DNA of 64,000 bases from Geosiphon pyriformis uo1 (GCA_016748015.1 JAAOMT010000294.1:350541-414540); one strand, 5' to 3'; shown: positions 28,864-42,485, counted from the stretch's first letter. Numbers and translations: made by a program. The notes: generated from the letters alone by a model not told the origin.

Positions 28864-29432
28864 TCAAAAAAAATAAGATTCTAATTTAGATGTAAAGTTT
28901 AAATTTTAAAATTTTGTTATTTTAAAATTATTTATATATATATCAAATATACATGATTTCAAAAATGGATATATTTGTGATTTATTTAATTTCCTGAAAA
29001 AAAACTTACAAGCTCAAAAATTATCATAAAATCTTCATGGAAGAAAACAACATTTTCAATAGGATTTATCTTTTCTTTCAACAAGAAATTTCAATCAGAG
29101 ATAAATTTATAGTGTTTTTTCAATAATATAAAATCTAATCATGTAAACTACTTTTTGGTTTTTAGGGTCGGGAGCTAAATAGACGCATAGTCATTCGGGC
29201 AATATCAAATATGTGCTAATGATAAGGTTCACATATCGTTATCTAATATAATAATCTTACACAGCATAACCAAAAAGTTAGATATCAAGACGTTTATAAC
29301 TAAATCTCAAAGTCTCTTGAAATTTAACTTTTGAATTATTTCATTCTCTTAGGCTTGAAGATTTCTAAAAAATATCAAAAAGTTCAAAAATTTGTCAAGT
29401 CATTAAAGAAATCTTTAAATTAATTTATCACA

Positions 29433-31293
29433 ATGCGTTGGATCAATAAACTAATTAAACGTTCTTATATATATTTCTGTTTTCTGATTTTCATCTCTTC
29501 TATCTTAGTATATGGAGATAGTCCTAGTTTACGACAGTAAGTCTCGAGTGTTTTCATAAGACTTTCTTCACATTAAAAACAGTATAAATAATAAATATGA
29601 TTTCAAAATTTAAAGGGGACATTCAATGGTACTCATAAATGACAAGTAAGAAATAAAAATTTATGTGTATAATCCTTTGGAATTAATAGAAAAAGATCAA
29701 AAAAGAGAGATGAATTGAAAATGGGAATTTCAACATTCTTTCCTATAATTAGGTTATATATGTATGGAGGAAACAATATTGCAGCTAATGGAACCACATT
29801 ACAGTATGCAACAAATGAACTCTGGGCACTTGATATGTCAATACCTTTTTCAGTAGATTCACCACCTTGGGAAAAACTTAATGAATTTGAATATACCCAG
29901 CGGAGTGAATCACACTCAGCTAGCATAGGTGGTGCTGAATTTAAAGAAATGTTTATTTTCGGTGGTCATATATCTTCAAATCCACCACCTGCGAATTCAA
30001 TGCGTATATTTGATCCAACATCTGAAACTTGGCGGATCCCAAATTTTTCACCAACACGCAGATTTGGACACTCTACAGCAACTAGTTTTAATGACTCAAA
30101 AATTTATTTTTTTGGTGGAGGGTCAGATAATGCAAACCCTGGAAAAAATGGCACAATTCTACTAAACGAATTAGTGGTTTATGATTCTATATTAAATACC
30201 TGGACGACACTTACAAAAAATAATTCGCCAGCGCCAATAATAAGACATACTGCCACTTTATTGAGCGATGGAAAAATGTATGTTTTTGGTGGAGCTTTTG
30301 TCGAAGACGTTTATAATTTCTCCAGTATGGCTGACATATATGTATATGATACATTTGTCGGAGAATGGAATCGAAAGGTTTTTCATCTGCTTAAAGAAAC
30401 TTTTTCATTGATTTTTTGTTTTTTAAAGAGGTCGAGCTAATCCATGAAAATTAAAAATGGTTTTCAAGGTTGCAGTGGGGGACGTACCAGCAGCACGGGG
30501 ACTGCATACAGCTGTCGGTAGTAAGTAAAGAATATTTATTGTGGCAACTTCTAAACTCACTAAACTTTGGAGACTTTCATTGTTGTTAATCTTGTTTTTC
30601 AAAATCTAATTAGCTCCAAATAACACTATCATCATTTTTGGGGGTAAAGAAAATAATGGGACGTGGGCTCCAAATAATTTGGTTATCCTAGATACTACTA
30701 AAACACCATTTATTTGGAAAATACAAAACACAACTGGAGAAACTCCACCTGGAAGAATGCTTCATACAATGACCATGGTTGGAACAAATATCATTGTGGC
30801 TTTTGGTTAGTTATAGTTTTTTTTTTTTACTTGAAATTCTATTTATAATATTAAATTCTTATTTATATTCATGATAATTTGTTGAATACCTTAGGTATCA
30901 CTGTAAGTATATCATTTAGAGCCATTTCAAAATCGAAAATTCTTTAAAGTTTTAAAAATTTAAAATTTAAAATTTAAAATATAGAGAACAGGTCGGGGTT
31001 TTTGTGTTTTAGATACGATAAAATTTGAATGGACAACATCTTATAAACCTAATGCGTTGGAACTCACAAAATATCCCATGAAATATCAAAACTTATCTGA
31101 AATCAAACCCAGCACAAAATCATCTCCATCTTCATCTTCATCATTATCCTCATCCTCATCCTCATCTTCACCAACAACAATCAATATGACATTAATCATA
31201 ACTATTATCATAATATTAGGTGTTTTGATTCTTTTGGTTATTCCAGCATTCTTATTTAGATATTTCATAAAAATAAAAGGGGACCAATTTTAA
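29433..31293 (+). CDS. Type I membrane protein with kelch/galactose-oxidase-like beta-propeller, Ser-rich stalk and C-terminal TM
   Basis: Spliced: MRWINKLIKRSYIYFCFLIFISSILVYGDSPSLRQGHSMVLINDKLYMYGG...; repeated HS/HT...FGG kelch motifs; SSSSS stalk; TM LIITIIIILGVLILLVIPAFLF; frame stays open through an 8-nt microexon at 30895-30902. Confidence 0.85.
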
Positions 31294-33690
31294 ATGGTAA
31301 TGAGAATTGAGTAAAGGTAAGTTTATTTTTATAATAAAAAAAATCAATATCTCTACGATTCAGAGAACAAATTATTAAAAGTCAACTTTTAATAAATATA
31401 TTTTAGATTACCAATTCGAAAATGATTGCATATTAATTTATAAATAAAAAGGTAATTTTTTTCATAGCATTTCATTTAACTCTTTACTATTATAAATGAG
31501 TGAAAAGTATATTAAGGTCATACATGGAAGAAAGTTTTCTAAATCGTTCAAATATTTAACAATTTCTTTGAATTATACCAATTTTTTAACAAATTAGATT
31601 ATGATAATATATTAGAGATAAAAATATCAAATTTAGTTTCACACTTTAAACAAAAGTAATTTAATCAATGTTCGAAAAGTTTATTATTGTAATTGACGAA
31701 TAAAAATTAATTTCGAAATAAGATTTTAAAAAAGCTTGGGTAAATTAACCTATAATTGATTAATTGATTATTTAATTTCTGGATGACTAGAAAATTTTTT
31801 TTAAAATAAATCAACTTGGATTAAAAATAAGATAATAATTAATAATCTATTGAGAATTAATTAGAATGGTGGATTGAAAAAATTTTTTTTTTTAAAGGTT
31901 TAAAGCTATCTTATTTCTGATTTAAAAAAATTTTAATATTACTTATATAATATATTATTTTAATGAATATATTTTTTTTTTAAAAAAAAAAATGATATTC
32001 AAAAATCTTTTAAGTAAATTACAATTTTTAATTCTAATATATAAATTAAAAACTATGATAATAAAAGTTATTAATGAACCAAATATTTTTTTAATATTTG
32101 GTTTAATAATTACACACAAATAATCTATTAATATTTTTATAAATATTTACAAAATTTTTAATTGGTAATCCAAAAAAAAAAAAGTTAAAAATTTTATTGT
32201 TATTTTCATCATTTAAATTACAAATTATAAATTTCTAAGTTTTTTAAAAACTCAATAAAAATACAAAATTTTTTATAAACGAATACTTTTAAATATGAAA
32301 AAAAAAACTTTAGAATTATGATTTTTAATACAAAGTCAAAAATTTTTTTTGTTAATCGTACTAATTAATCTGAAATATAAAATAATTAGAATGATGATAT
32401 TGGTCAAAAAAAGCAAATTTCCTTGGCGGCAATGAACAATATAAATTAATCTTTGTACTTTTGTCAATTTAAATAGATATATTAATGATTTTTATAATCA
32501 TTTCTTTGGAACTAGTGTTGACTAATTATTAAAAATCCCAAAACAAAGATAAAATGTTTATGGGTGGTGCCAATGCAGCGTAAATAATTTAGGCTTATAA
32601 TTCTGCAATTAAAAATGAACCTAATCACAAAATCCAAGGATAGTTTAATCAACATTAAAAAACGGTTGTGTCATTTAAACTTTTCTTATCAAAAAAGTTA
32701 ATTTTATACTTTTTTTTACAAGCATAAAATTAATATATATATATACTTCCATAGAAAACACACCTCTTTAGATTTACATTAAAAATTTTAAAATATATAC
32801 TTTTTAAAAAGTAAAAAATTAAAAGAACTCTTTGACTCGGGATATTTTACCTCTATAACGATAGTAAAAGGTGACACTCCATAAAAAAAATATATGACCA
32901 AAGTGATTACTCCGTAAAACTACCAACTTTGATACCTGTAAAATGTTTATCAAAAAAGCCAATACTGTCATTATCAATTAGCCATTGAGACATCATTCAA
33001 CGGAAGGATTATCAAAATGCCAAGACATGTTCATTAAGGAACCGATTTTATTTTAAACAAAAAATTTTTTATAAATTGAATCCGAGCTAACCTGAAATTA
33101 ATAAATCGCTAAAAATAATTTTTTTGTATTATTAATTCAATGAAATATTACTAATAATTCAAAACAAGGTGTTTCGGCCCCATAATGATGCCGCACGTAT
33201 TGTATCCCTAAATGTATATTAGTAATTTATTACATTGGAAGATCTATACCTTTTTGGTGATCATTGAATTTAAAAATTTTATGAATTCATTTATCATAAT
33301 GTAGTAACGTAAAATTTCACGAGCCATAAATCTCTAGGGTAGAATTCAAAGTTGAGATGATTCCATATTTAAATGGGGATTTTTTAAAAAACGCGATTAT
33401 CTACATACTGATCCTCATCTATTATTATTATTATTATTATTGTTATTATTATTATTGTTATCATTATCATATCATTATCGTATCATTATCATTATTATTA
33501 TTAAATTATTATTTAAAATTCGATGAAAGGAAAATCCTTTGGTGATAAATTTCAAAATTTGTCTTGTGAAATCTTTAATAGAATTTTTGCCGTCAGATGG
33601 TTAACCAATTTTAGTGAATTATATAATCAACGGTTAAATAATGTGTCCTTCAAAAATAAATGAAAAATTCTTTATTGTTTAAATTCGTTA

Positions 33691-33892
<202 letters not shown>

Positions 33893-35346
33893 CTATTGAA
33901 GATTCTTTTTTTTTTAAATTTAATTGCTATATCTTTTCTTTGTACTTTGCACAACATATCTCACATAAAAATCTAGATAAAAATAATAATTTTAGTTTAA
34001 GATGAAAAAACCCTGCATATTAAAGTTTATGAAACGATTTCATCATTCATTCAAAAAATATTAATCATGTGGATGTTTCTTGAAAATGGATCTTTTCCTT
34101 TTTAAGATGACTAAAGTTAGTCGGAATAAATTTTTTTAAGGGTTAAAAATCTGAATTGAAAAAAAACTTTGTTTCAATTAGACTAGAATCTCAAGATGCT
34201 CAATCCTCAAGTTGTAAAGGCAAAATTCATGAAACTGGAAAATTTCAATCCCATATTTACACATTTTAATTGGTCAATCTTAACTTTTCCGTTTAAAATT
34301 ATTAGTTTCCCCCATCTCCCCCCATTCTATCAATTACAAACCAGAAAGAACTGTAAAATCTGAAAGTCTATGGTAAAAAAATAAAAAATAAAAAAATAAA
34401 AAAAAAAAGAGAAAAAAAAAAAGAGAAAAAAAAACCTCTCAAGTCTTTCCTATGCTCGGCTCATTAACAAAATAAAAACATCATCGATATAACACACACA
34501 AAAAATGTTTCAGGCGCTTAATTTTTTTATAGTTAACCTAAAAGTGAAGTTAAAAACTCTCGTAAGAATTAAAAGCCACATTTATTAATCATTTGCATCT
34601 CGGATCAAATGTTTTATTGTCCATATGTTACTGCAAGTAAAATAACAAATTGCATACAATTAGAAAGTTTTTTGGATAATGCATTATTGTATAATCTTTT
34701 ACATGTATGTATTTGATCCTGGAAAAAATAGCCGATATTGGCAGAAAATTTATGGTAGTGCCGGATCTCCACAGGTTTATGTATACATTATTAATGAATG
34801 ACAACAAGTTTAAAAATAGGACTAATAAGGATGATTGTGATCCCGAATAAAGACCCATTGATGCCTGACGAAAATGAATTCTCTCTTGGCGCAAGAAAGA
34901 CTTCAAAGGAAAACCTGAAAAAAGCAACCAATTGGAGATCGAATAAGGAAGTACTAACTTTTTTTTTCTAGTAGATTTTATAATCTTTATTTAAAATATT
35001 GGGAAAAAAGGATCGAAAAAATTAATTTCGATTTTAATATATATTTATATATGTATATATTTATTTATTTTACAATTGACATATAAAATGCGCGCTTTAC
35101 CTTTAAATTATGACCTTTGGTGCATGTAATTTAAAAAAAAATTTTGTTCACCTTTATTGTTACACAAAGCTGGCCAGACTTTTACCCATTCTGCCGAATC
35201 AAAAAATTTATAAATTCAAATAAGTTTTCGGTCAAAGACACAATCTTTTCTTGTAAAAAAAAAGGCAAAAAAAGTGTGTTAAAGCCAATTATTATTTTTA
35301 CATATAAAAAAAAACCATCTATTCAAAAAGATTCTTACAACAGAAA

Positions 35347-36657
35347 ATGAGTCAATTATTATTATCAGAAACCGAACAAAACTTTACCCATTTTCCATTG
35401 AAAGGTCAAACTCTTGACCCTGAGAAGAGTTGCAATATGAATAAGAAACCCCTGTCTTCTCCCGAATCAGATTTCTCTTACTTCACAATTAGCACACCAC
35501 CACCTTCACCACCTTCACCAAACAAACAAGTAATCGTTTTACCTGCAAAGATTCAGACAAAGTGTGGTCCAGACACGACATTGAGGCCATCCATGCAATT
35601 TCGCAATGACGTTGAATCCTTAACAAATAAACCTGATCCTCAAGAGCCTTTACCCATTTCAATGAAAATTGAGTCGCCTGAAAAATCAAAACGTCGGCTA
35701 AAATATCGATTCATACTGGCCGAGGCTCCTCCAGATATACAGAAACAATTGGGTGTAGAAGCAACACCAGAAACTTCAGCTCTTCTTACCAATTCTTTAC
35801 CTTTAAACTTTTCCCATTCAAAATCTATGAAAAAAGAAAGCTTACCACTTCAAGTTGAAAAATTAAATAAAGGCAAGATAACTATGAGCCATCGTTCCCG
35901 AAAAAGTCCATATCCCACAAAATCTCCAAGTAAATCATCCCAAGGGTTCACTTTTAAGCTTCAATTCCCTTCCACATTTTCCGATGACAGAATTCAAAAT
36001 ATACCCCTCCCTATAAACAATTATAAAGAAAAAAACGAATCAGAGGATGAAAACATTTCAATTTTTTCCGAGGATTCATCAGTTGAATCTTCCGAATCCA
36101 AACGTTCATTCCTGGCTATAAATAAAAAGAAGACTCGTGACGCATCAGAATTTGAAGGAATCCAAAATTCTCATCCAAGACAACGGAGAAGAAAGGGAAA
36201 TTCTTTCGCAAGGGTCATGGCAGATCGTGGTTTGATAGAACCGTCATTAACGACTATGCCAATGACAAATCTACCAACAGGTGACCTAAAATCTGGAAGA
36301 ATCCCTTTACCACCTCCAGTTGAATTCTCTGAATTAATTAAAGAACTTAGGCAATTAAAATTGGAAACAACTGGTTTAAATTCGAGACCAAATGTTTCTT
36401 GGAAAAGTGGTCCTTTATCAATAGAGCATCTACCTCACTATGAAGAATTACATCCGAACGAAGCTTATGTTGCCTCAGTTTTACGTTTAACTCCAGTTCA
36501 ATATATTAATGCAAAACATTCATTAATCACCGCCAAAGTTCGATATGACACAAGATTTTTACCATTTCGTAAAAGTGATGCACAGAAACTTCTCCGAATT
36601 GATGTTAACAAAGCCAGTAAGCTTTGGGAATATTTTAATGAGCTTAAATGGATATAA
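35347..36657 (+). CDS. SWIRM-domain protein (Fun19/YOR338W-like); single exon
   Basis: 436 aa ORF with a disordered S/P-rich N-terminus and C-terminal LHPNEAYVASVLRLTPVQY...FRKSDAQKLLRIDVNKASKLWEYF. Confidence 0.9.
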   Translation: MSQLLLSETEQNFTHFPLKGQTLDPEKSCNMNKKPLSSPESDFSYFTISTPPPSPPSPNKQVIVLPAKIQTKCGPDTTLRPSMQFRNDVESLTNKPDPQEPLPISMKIESPEKSKRRLKYRFILAEAPPDIQKQLGVEATPETSALLTNSLPLNFSHSKSMKKESLPLQVEKLNKGKITMSHRSRKSPYPTKSPSKSSQGFTFKLQFPSTFSDDRIQNIPLPINNYKEKNESEDENISIFSEDSSVESSESKRSFLAINKKKTRDASEFEGIQNSHPRQRRRKGNSFARVMADRGLIEPSLTTMPMTNLPTGDLKSGRIPLPPPVEFSELIKELRQLKLETTGLNSRPNVSWKSGPLSIEHLPHYEELHPNEAYVASVLRLTPVQYINAKHSLITAKVRYDTRFLPFRKSDAQKLLRIDVNKASKLWEYFNELKWI

Positions 36658-37070
36658 AGGCTTTGGTTACTTTCCCCATTAGTAAAAATACAATTAATTA
36701 TTTAGCCAGCCATCCAGCCAGCTAGCCAGCCAACTAGTTAGATCATTTTCAATAAAAAACTGATCTAAACATTCAAAGTTAATCAATTTAACCACCGCCG
36801 TGAAATTTGACGAAAGTTAATTTTGAGTCTTTGTAAATATTTCCAGATGAAATCATTTTTTAAGAAAAAAAGTTCCCGAATCCCCGAACACTTTTTGGTT
36901 TCATTAAGATAACGTAATTGTATATGATAGAAACATTTCCATTTTATTAGATAAGAAAATTAGAAAACCTTTTTCTTTTCGCTCAATTTTAGGGTATACA
37001 CAAATTAAGAAATAATAATTAATTCAATAAAAATTTTATTTAATGAAAATTTTTGCCATTTAAAAAAATA

Positions 37071-37075
37071 ACAAT

Positions 37076-37116
<41 letters not shown>

Positions 37117-37243
37117 AAAACAAAAACAACAGCACGGTTATAATTAAGCTCTCGTTTTTTTATTGGTTATTGTTATATTTTCTAAAAATTATTCAAATTC
37201 AAATTCAAATTCAAATTCAAATTCAAATTCAAATTCAAATTCA
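37071..37243. repeat. (AAC)n and (ATTCAA)n microsatellites
   Basis: Direct reading at ~37071-37115 and ~37191-37243. Confidence 0.9.
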
Positions 37244-39249
37244 GACCTTTACTGTATACTTGTAAATGTTAAAACGGGTAAAAATAATTGTCTAGTCATA
37301 TTACACGAACTTTCATAAACAAAATGTACCAAGTGGATCTTATCTTCTAATTGAAAGAGCAAAAAGTTATTTTGGCCCGATCTCAGTGATACCTTAAATC
37401 TCGCGAATGCATTTCATTGTCTTTGATTCCACTAAAGCTCTTTACTTGGAAACACACATGATGATCTTTAATCTTGGTTGTACCTAAATAAGTTTGGTTA
37501 AAATGATAGCAAATCGAAACAGGATACATTCAAGGATTGAAAATCGGGAAAAGTTTTTTAAAAGTTTCGAGAAATTCGGAAAATATTATTTATTTCACTC
37601 ATATGATATTTTTTTACTGACAATCTTGGTTCAGTTAAAATTTTGTTCCATCATCATCAAATGTTCTTTATGTTGTTGAAGCACAAATTCCCCCCTGCAA
37701 GTTAAAGCCATCTTCCCTCTTTTGGTGAGATCGAAAAAGATAATCATTGAACAACAAATAATAAATTCCTTATTATGTCTGAGATGCCTAATGAAGAAAG
37801 AAAATTCTATAAATAAAATATTTGATCATGAGGGATAGGGGATGACCAATTTTGTTTTGTGCCCTATTTTTGATTCAACTTTTTTTTAAAGTTTTACTCA
37901 ATGACTGATATTAAATTATTCATGAAAACAATTCATTTTTTTTTTTTAATTTAGGAATTTTGTTTTTCCACCGCCAAGGATTTTTCTACAATGAGTTACA
38001 CACAGCCCAAAAATTCCATAAATGATGAATTGACAAAAAAAATTCTTAATGTGAATGGTAATTGAGATTTTTTTTGGACGGTATTCTAAAATTTAGCCAT
38101 TTAAATTTTTTAAGTAACACGAGGTAGCTTTTTCAATAATTTTCTTCTAAAAGAAACTTCTACTTGAAAATTCGTTCAACTTGAGTTTACCAATAAATAA
38201 TTAAAAAAATAATCAAAAATATGATGAAGTTTCTCAAAGATAAAAATATATAGATTATTTCTAATAATGAATTAAAAATCGAAAATTTTATTTTGATATT
38301 CGAGCTTTAAAACTTCGTAACAATCTTTTGTAGAATCTAGAAAAAAATTGATCAAAGAAACCCTTGTGAATTCCTAATTTTCATTATAATTTATAATTTT
38401 TTAAAATTCAAAATTTTCCTCAAGCTACAGTATATATTTCAATAAGGAACTTTTTTTAATCCGCATTTTCCCTTAATTATATTAGCCGTTTTCAATTTCT
38501 ATAATCCACAGATAGACTAGGAGCTTATCTTAATCTTTTTTACAAAGAAAATTTAATCAATATGTTATTAATAAAAATTGATTATAATAAGATTTTTAGT
38601 ATTTTATTTTTAAAAAAAACTTGAATAGTTTAGAAAAAACCTTTTCTTCATTTGTCTCCATCTAATCTACACGAACTCCTCGGTTTAAAATTTTAAATCT
38701 CATCGCCTTATTTTTACTCGAAAATTCAAGCTAGATTTTGACGACCAGTCTTGACCAAATTTGATGTAGTTCATGATGAGATCAGTTATGAAGCACAACA
38801 TTTATTCACAGATCTTCCCAAAAAGTGAAGGTTCATAGAGAATCATTCAACATTAAAACTTTCTTTACTTTTTGAAGTAAGTCCAAGTTCCTGGGCTCAA
38901 CTTCAAAATCCTTTTAGCGTAATCTTTACAAGAAATTGGTCACACCAAATCGAAACAGAGTTTGGGGTCAGAAATCTCTGTTTGTTCTTCGAATTCGTTG
39001 AAAGTTATTATTAAACCCTTCACGGTCCCTCTATTGTGCCATTAGAGATCATGAAAGATCTTTAACTATTTTCATTCCTCAAGCACTATGAGGTAATCTT
39101 GTTTTTACTTCTATGAATCAAGTCTTTTGGTATTCTTTTCTAAGATCGGCTGAATGAAAAGACAAGAAAGATAAGTCATCTTTCAATTAAATTTTTAATT
39201 GGCTAGCGAATCTTTTCTTGATGATAATCGTGATTGTTGATATCTATCT

Positions 39250-39790
39250 CGGATGAATTATAACACATTAATAGTAGTATCCGTTGCCAAGTAAGACTAC
39301 TATTTCCTACATAACCCTCAGGATATGATTAAGGCAATGTCAACCAATGCCCAGAGGAGAATTTCCCCGAGTACTATTTTCATCTCTGTTCATCACAGCT
39401 TGGAATTCCCGGTAGTTGTACACTTCGAAACCCCTCAAATGCTTTTTATGTCACCATATCAGCTACAAGTCTTGAATGTATAAGTCTCATTTTGAATACA
39501 ACGCAGATTCCTAACTCTTAGACCTTGATAATTAGACGTTGAAAGAAATGGTAATGTTATCAGAGTATTTTTTGGACGGTCTTTCACGTAATTTTTCTCA
39601 TCTTATGGTTCGTTATGTCTGACACCTCAAACGACAGGATGATGATTACGTCAAACTCACGAATGAAGCAAACAATTACCTTTCTCTCTAAATCCTTCGT
39701 TGTATGTGCGAGACTGCTTTGCTGAGTTGTCGGGCCCTACGTTTCTTACGCTTTGAAGCAGAGACAGTCTGTTTGACTTTTTTCGAAATG
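39250..39790 (-). mobile_element. Fanzor (TnpB-like) relic, copy 2: C-terminal RuvC-II, zinc finger, RuvC-III and putative omegaRNA/right end
   Basis: Manual translation with frameshifts: ISKKVKQTVSASKRKKRRARQLSKAVSHIQRRI / FIREFDVIIILSFEVSDITNHKMRKIT*KTVQKIL**HYHFFQRLIIKV*ELGI / IQNETYTFKTCS*YGDIKSI / EVYNYREFQAVMNRDENSTRG / ILLWALVDIALIIS* (stop 39318-39320). Confidence 0.85.
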
Positions 39791-40515
39791 GGCGTAGGTA
39801 GAATTTTATTCTCACGACTTTATTGATTAGTAAAAATTTTCAGCGGTAACACATATGGCCTCATTTGCGTTCCAAAACCTTTAAATTGAGATCATTTTAA
39901 TTTGGTCTGGAAAAAATCTTTTCTAGCATCGAGAAAAATCAATTATTCAATTACAATCATTGGTTTTTTGATACTACGATACATGTTTGATACTCAACAA
40001 AAAGTTTTTGCACCTGGCAGGAAATAATATTGATAATTTTTTTTATTTTTAATGGCAATTCTTGCATTACTATGGAAAAAATTATCAATTTAAATCAACA
40101 GCTGAAATTACTTTTCAAATTTACAATCTACTCTACTTTTACATATAATGATGATACTAAATTTGTGAGTGTCAAAGTGTTTACAGTCTAAAATATCGTA
40201 ACCAGTATGAGGCGGCCAGCCACCAAAAATATGATTAAGTATAAAGGTTTTTTGTGATTGACTTCATAAATTCTGCGCCCAAATTATCCTTTTCACAATA
40301 CAATAATATGATGATTTCTTATGTTAATTTGTAACTTTAATAGTAGGTGTCAAGGATTAGCCTTCATTTGTGCCAACCAAAAGTTTACATAAAGAATGCG
40401 AGCTTTTTATCTTGGATAATTATGAAATAATACTAGATAGGAAAAAGCGAATAGTAGAGAGTTAGTATCTGATGAATGTCGTCGATATATCTCCTATAAA
40501 AATTATCTATTGAAC

Positions 40516-42485
40516 TCACCAATTCTTTTTTTTCTTCTTCCGTGCGGCTAAAGTCTCAATTGCAGCTGTACTACCATTGTTGGCTGCTGTCGTCAACCAT
40601 TTTGCTGCTTTGCGTTTATCTTTAGTAGTGCCATAACCGCCATCGTAACATAAAGCAAGACTATATTGAGCGGACACGTTGCCACCTTCAGCCGCTTTCT
40701 TATATGTTAAGAAGGCTTTCAATCGATTCGGTCCAGTTCCTTTTCCGTAGTCATAACACTGTGCAAGATTATTTAGAGCAGCAGCATTTCCAGCTGATGC
40801 CGCTTCCTTGAACCAATCAAATGCTTTTAAACTATCCCTTTCGACGCCAATGCCATCTTGATAGCATAAACCGAGATGATTTTGTGCCGCGGCTTCCCCA
40901 TTATCTGCCGCCTTTCGATAAAAGTTGTAAGCTTGTTGTGTGTCTCGATGCGTTCCAAAACCTTCCTCAAAGAAATAACCTAGCACGCAATCACGATGTC
41001 TTCGTTCACCACCGTTGTACAATAACTCAAATATTTTTTTCGGATCATTATCTTCTACATCTGTCCATTGCTTGAGATTTTTGGCTAGCCAATCAAACCC
41101 GTACTTTTCAGCTTCTACATACATTTGTATCACTTCATCTAACATTTCAGCATCTGATTGCGGATTATCATTAATTGGGCTGAGTGGTCTTTGAGAAAGA
41201 GTCGTCCCAAAGCCAGCATGCATATTATTTATGCTAGGCGTTGCACTAGTTAATAAATTGTTATGATTGATGAGAGCATGTTGGCTATTGGTATCCGATT
41301 CTGGCCCACGATCTCCGGCAAGATCATCTTGACTAGCATAACGCATAAGCGTATTGGTATGTGTCGACGATGATGATTTACTAAAACTCATCGTATGATC
41401 CGGTAATTCTGGGCGCACATTGAACAATCCTTCCAGTACTACTAAAACATACAACAACTGTGCTCTTTGCCGTGGATTATGTCGTGTGATTTTCAAAAAT
41501 ATTTGAGAAAATTCAAAAGGACAATCAGCAGGAAGTTGTGTTCTTAGCACTTCTGTAGTGTTGAATTGTTTTTTCTCTGACAAAATATTGTCTCTTAGCA
41601 TGCCATCATAAGGGATTGCACCATTGCATCCAACTAAAAATGAGGCAGTAAAAGTTTTTGTTCAGAACATGTTTACAATGAGAATTTCTTAAAGTTTGTT
41701 GCTTACCCGACCACAATATTAACCCAAAAGTGTAAATATCAGCAAACTTGGGATTCCTGTGATATATTAGAAGAAAAGAATTTTGTTATTTTGGAAATTT
41801 TCAAAAGTATAGCTTCGATTTAAATAAGGCATAACTTACTCTTCAAAATATTTCTTCATGCTAAGATCGACAGCGACCACCTCTGGAGCCACCCAATGAA
41901 TGGTACCAGTTGGCTGAAATAGAGTAACATCTTCCTCGCTACGACGTTTATCGCTGATGAAGCCAGTAAGTTTAGGCGTTAAGTCTGTCGTCAAATATAT
42001 ATTTTCTGGTTTTAAATTATAATTTACAATATTTTCTTCGTGACAATGGAATAATCCAAGTGCTATATCGTGACAAAGTTTAGCCCTTAATTCCCAGCCA
42101 ATGGTCTGGTTTCTTTTTAAAAAGGTATTCAAGGTTCCGTTTGCCGCATATTCAATTATCAGAGCAATTTTGTCACCACGCAACATAAATCCCAGGAACT
42201 TTAGTACAAATTCACATCGACGAAGTTTATTGTAAATTTGAAAATCTTCCAAGATTGCAGTCATATCATTCTATAAGGAAGATTTTAAAACGTGTGAGAA
42301 ATGCAACTTTTACATTTTTGGGATTCTCCAATTCCGCCAGAACTTACATTGCTCGATTTGATTGCCACATCTCGTCCTTGATATTGAACCTTGTATACTT
42401 TTCCTAGCCGGCCTGTGCCGAGGATAATCGGTGGTCTTGGCCACGATATTTCATGACTCTTTATGGTGATGTTTTTTAATGACAT
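40516..42485 (-). CDS. TKL-type (pseudo)kinase domain fused to C-terminal Sel1-like repeats; 4 exons
   Basis: LGTGRLGKVYK, VAIK, IEYAANGTL, NYNLKPEN, WVAPE, spliced ADIYTFGLILW; four Sel1 repeats (AQNHLGLCYQDGIGV, ALNNLAQCYDYGKGT, AQYSLALCYDGGYGT); basic tail RKKKKKNW. Confidence 0.92.

Noticed and set aside
37053-37265. ORF with poly-T and (QI)n
   Set aside because: Translation of microsatellites
38650-39200. Possible continuation of the Fanzor element or an associated transposase
   Set aside because: No recognisable serine recombinase, DDE or other motif; it lies beyond the inferred right end
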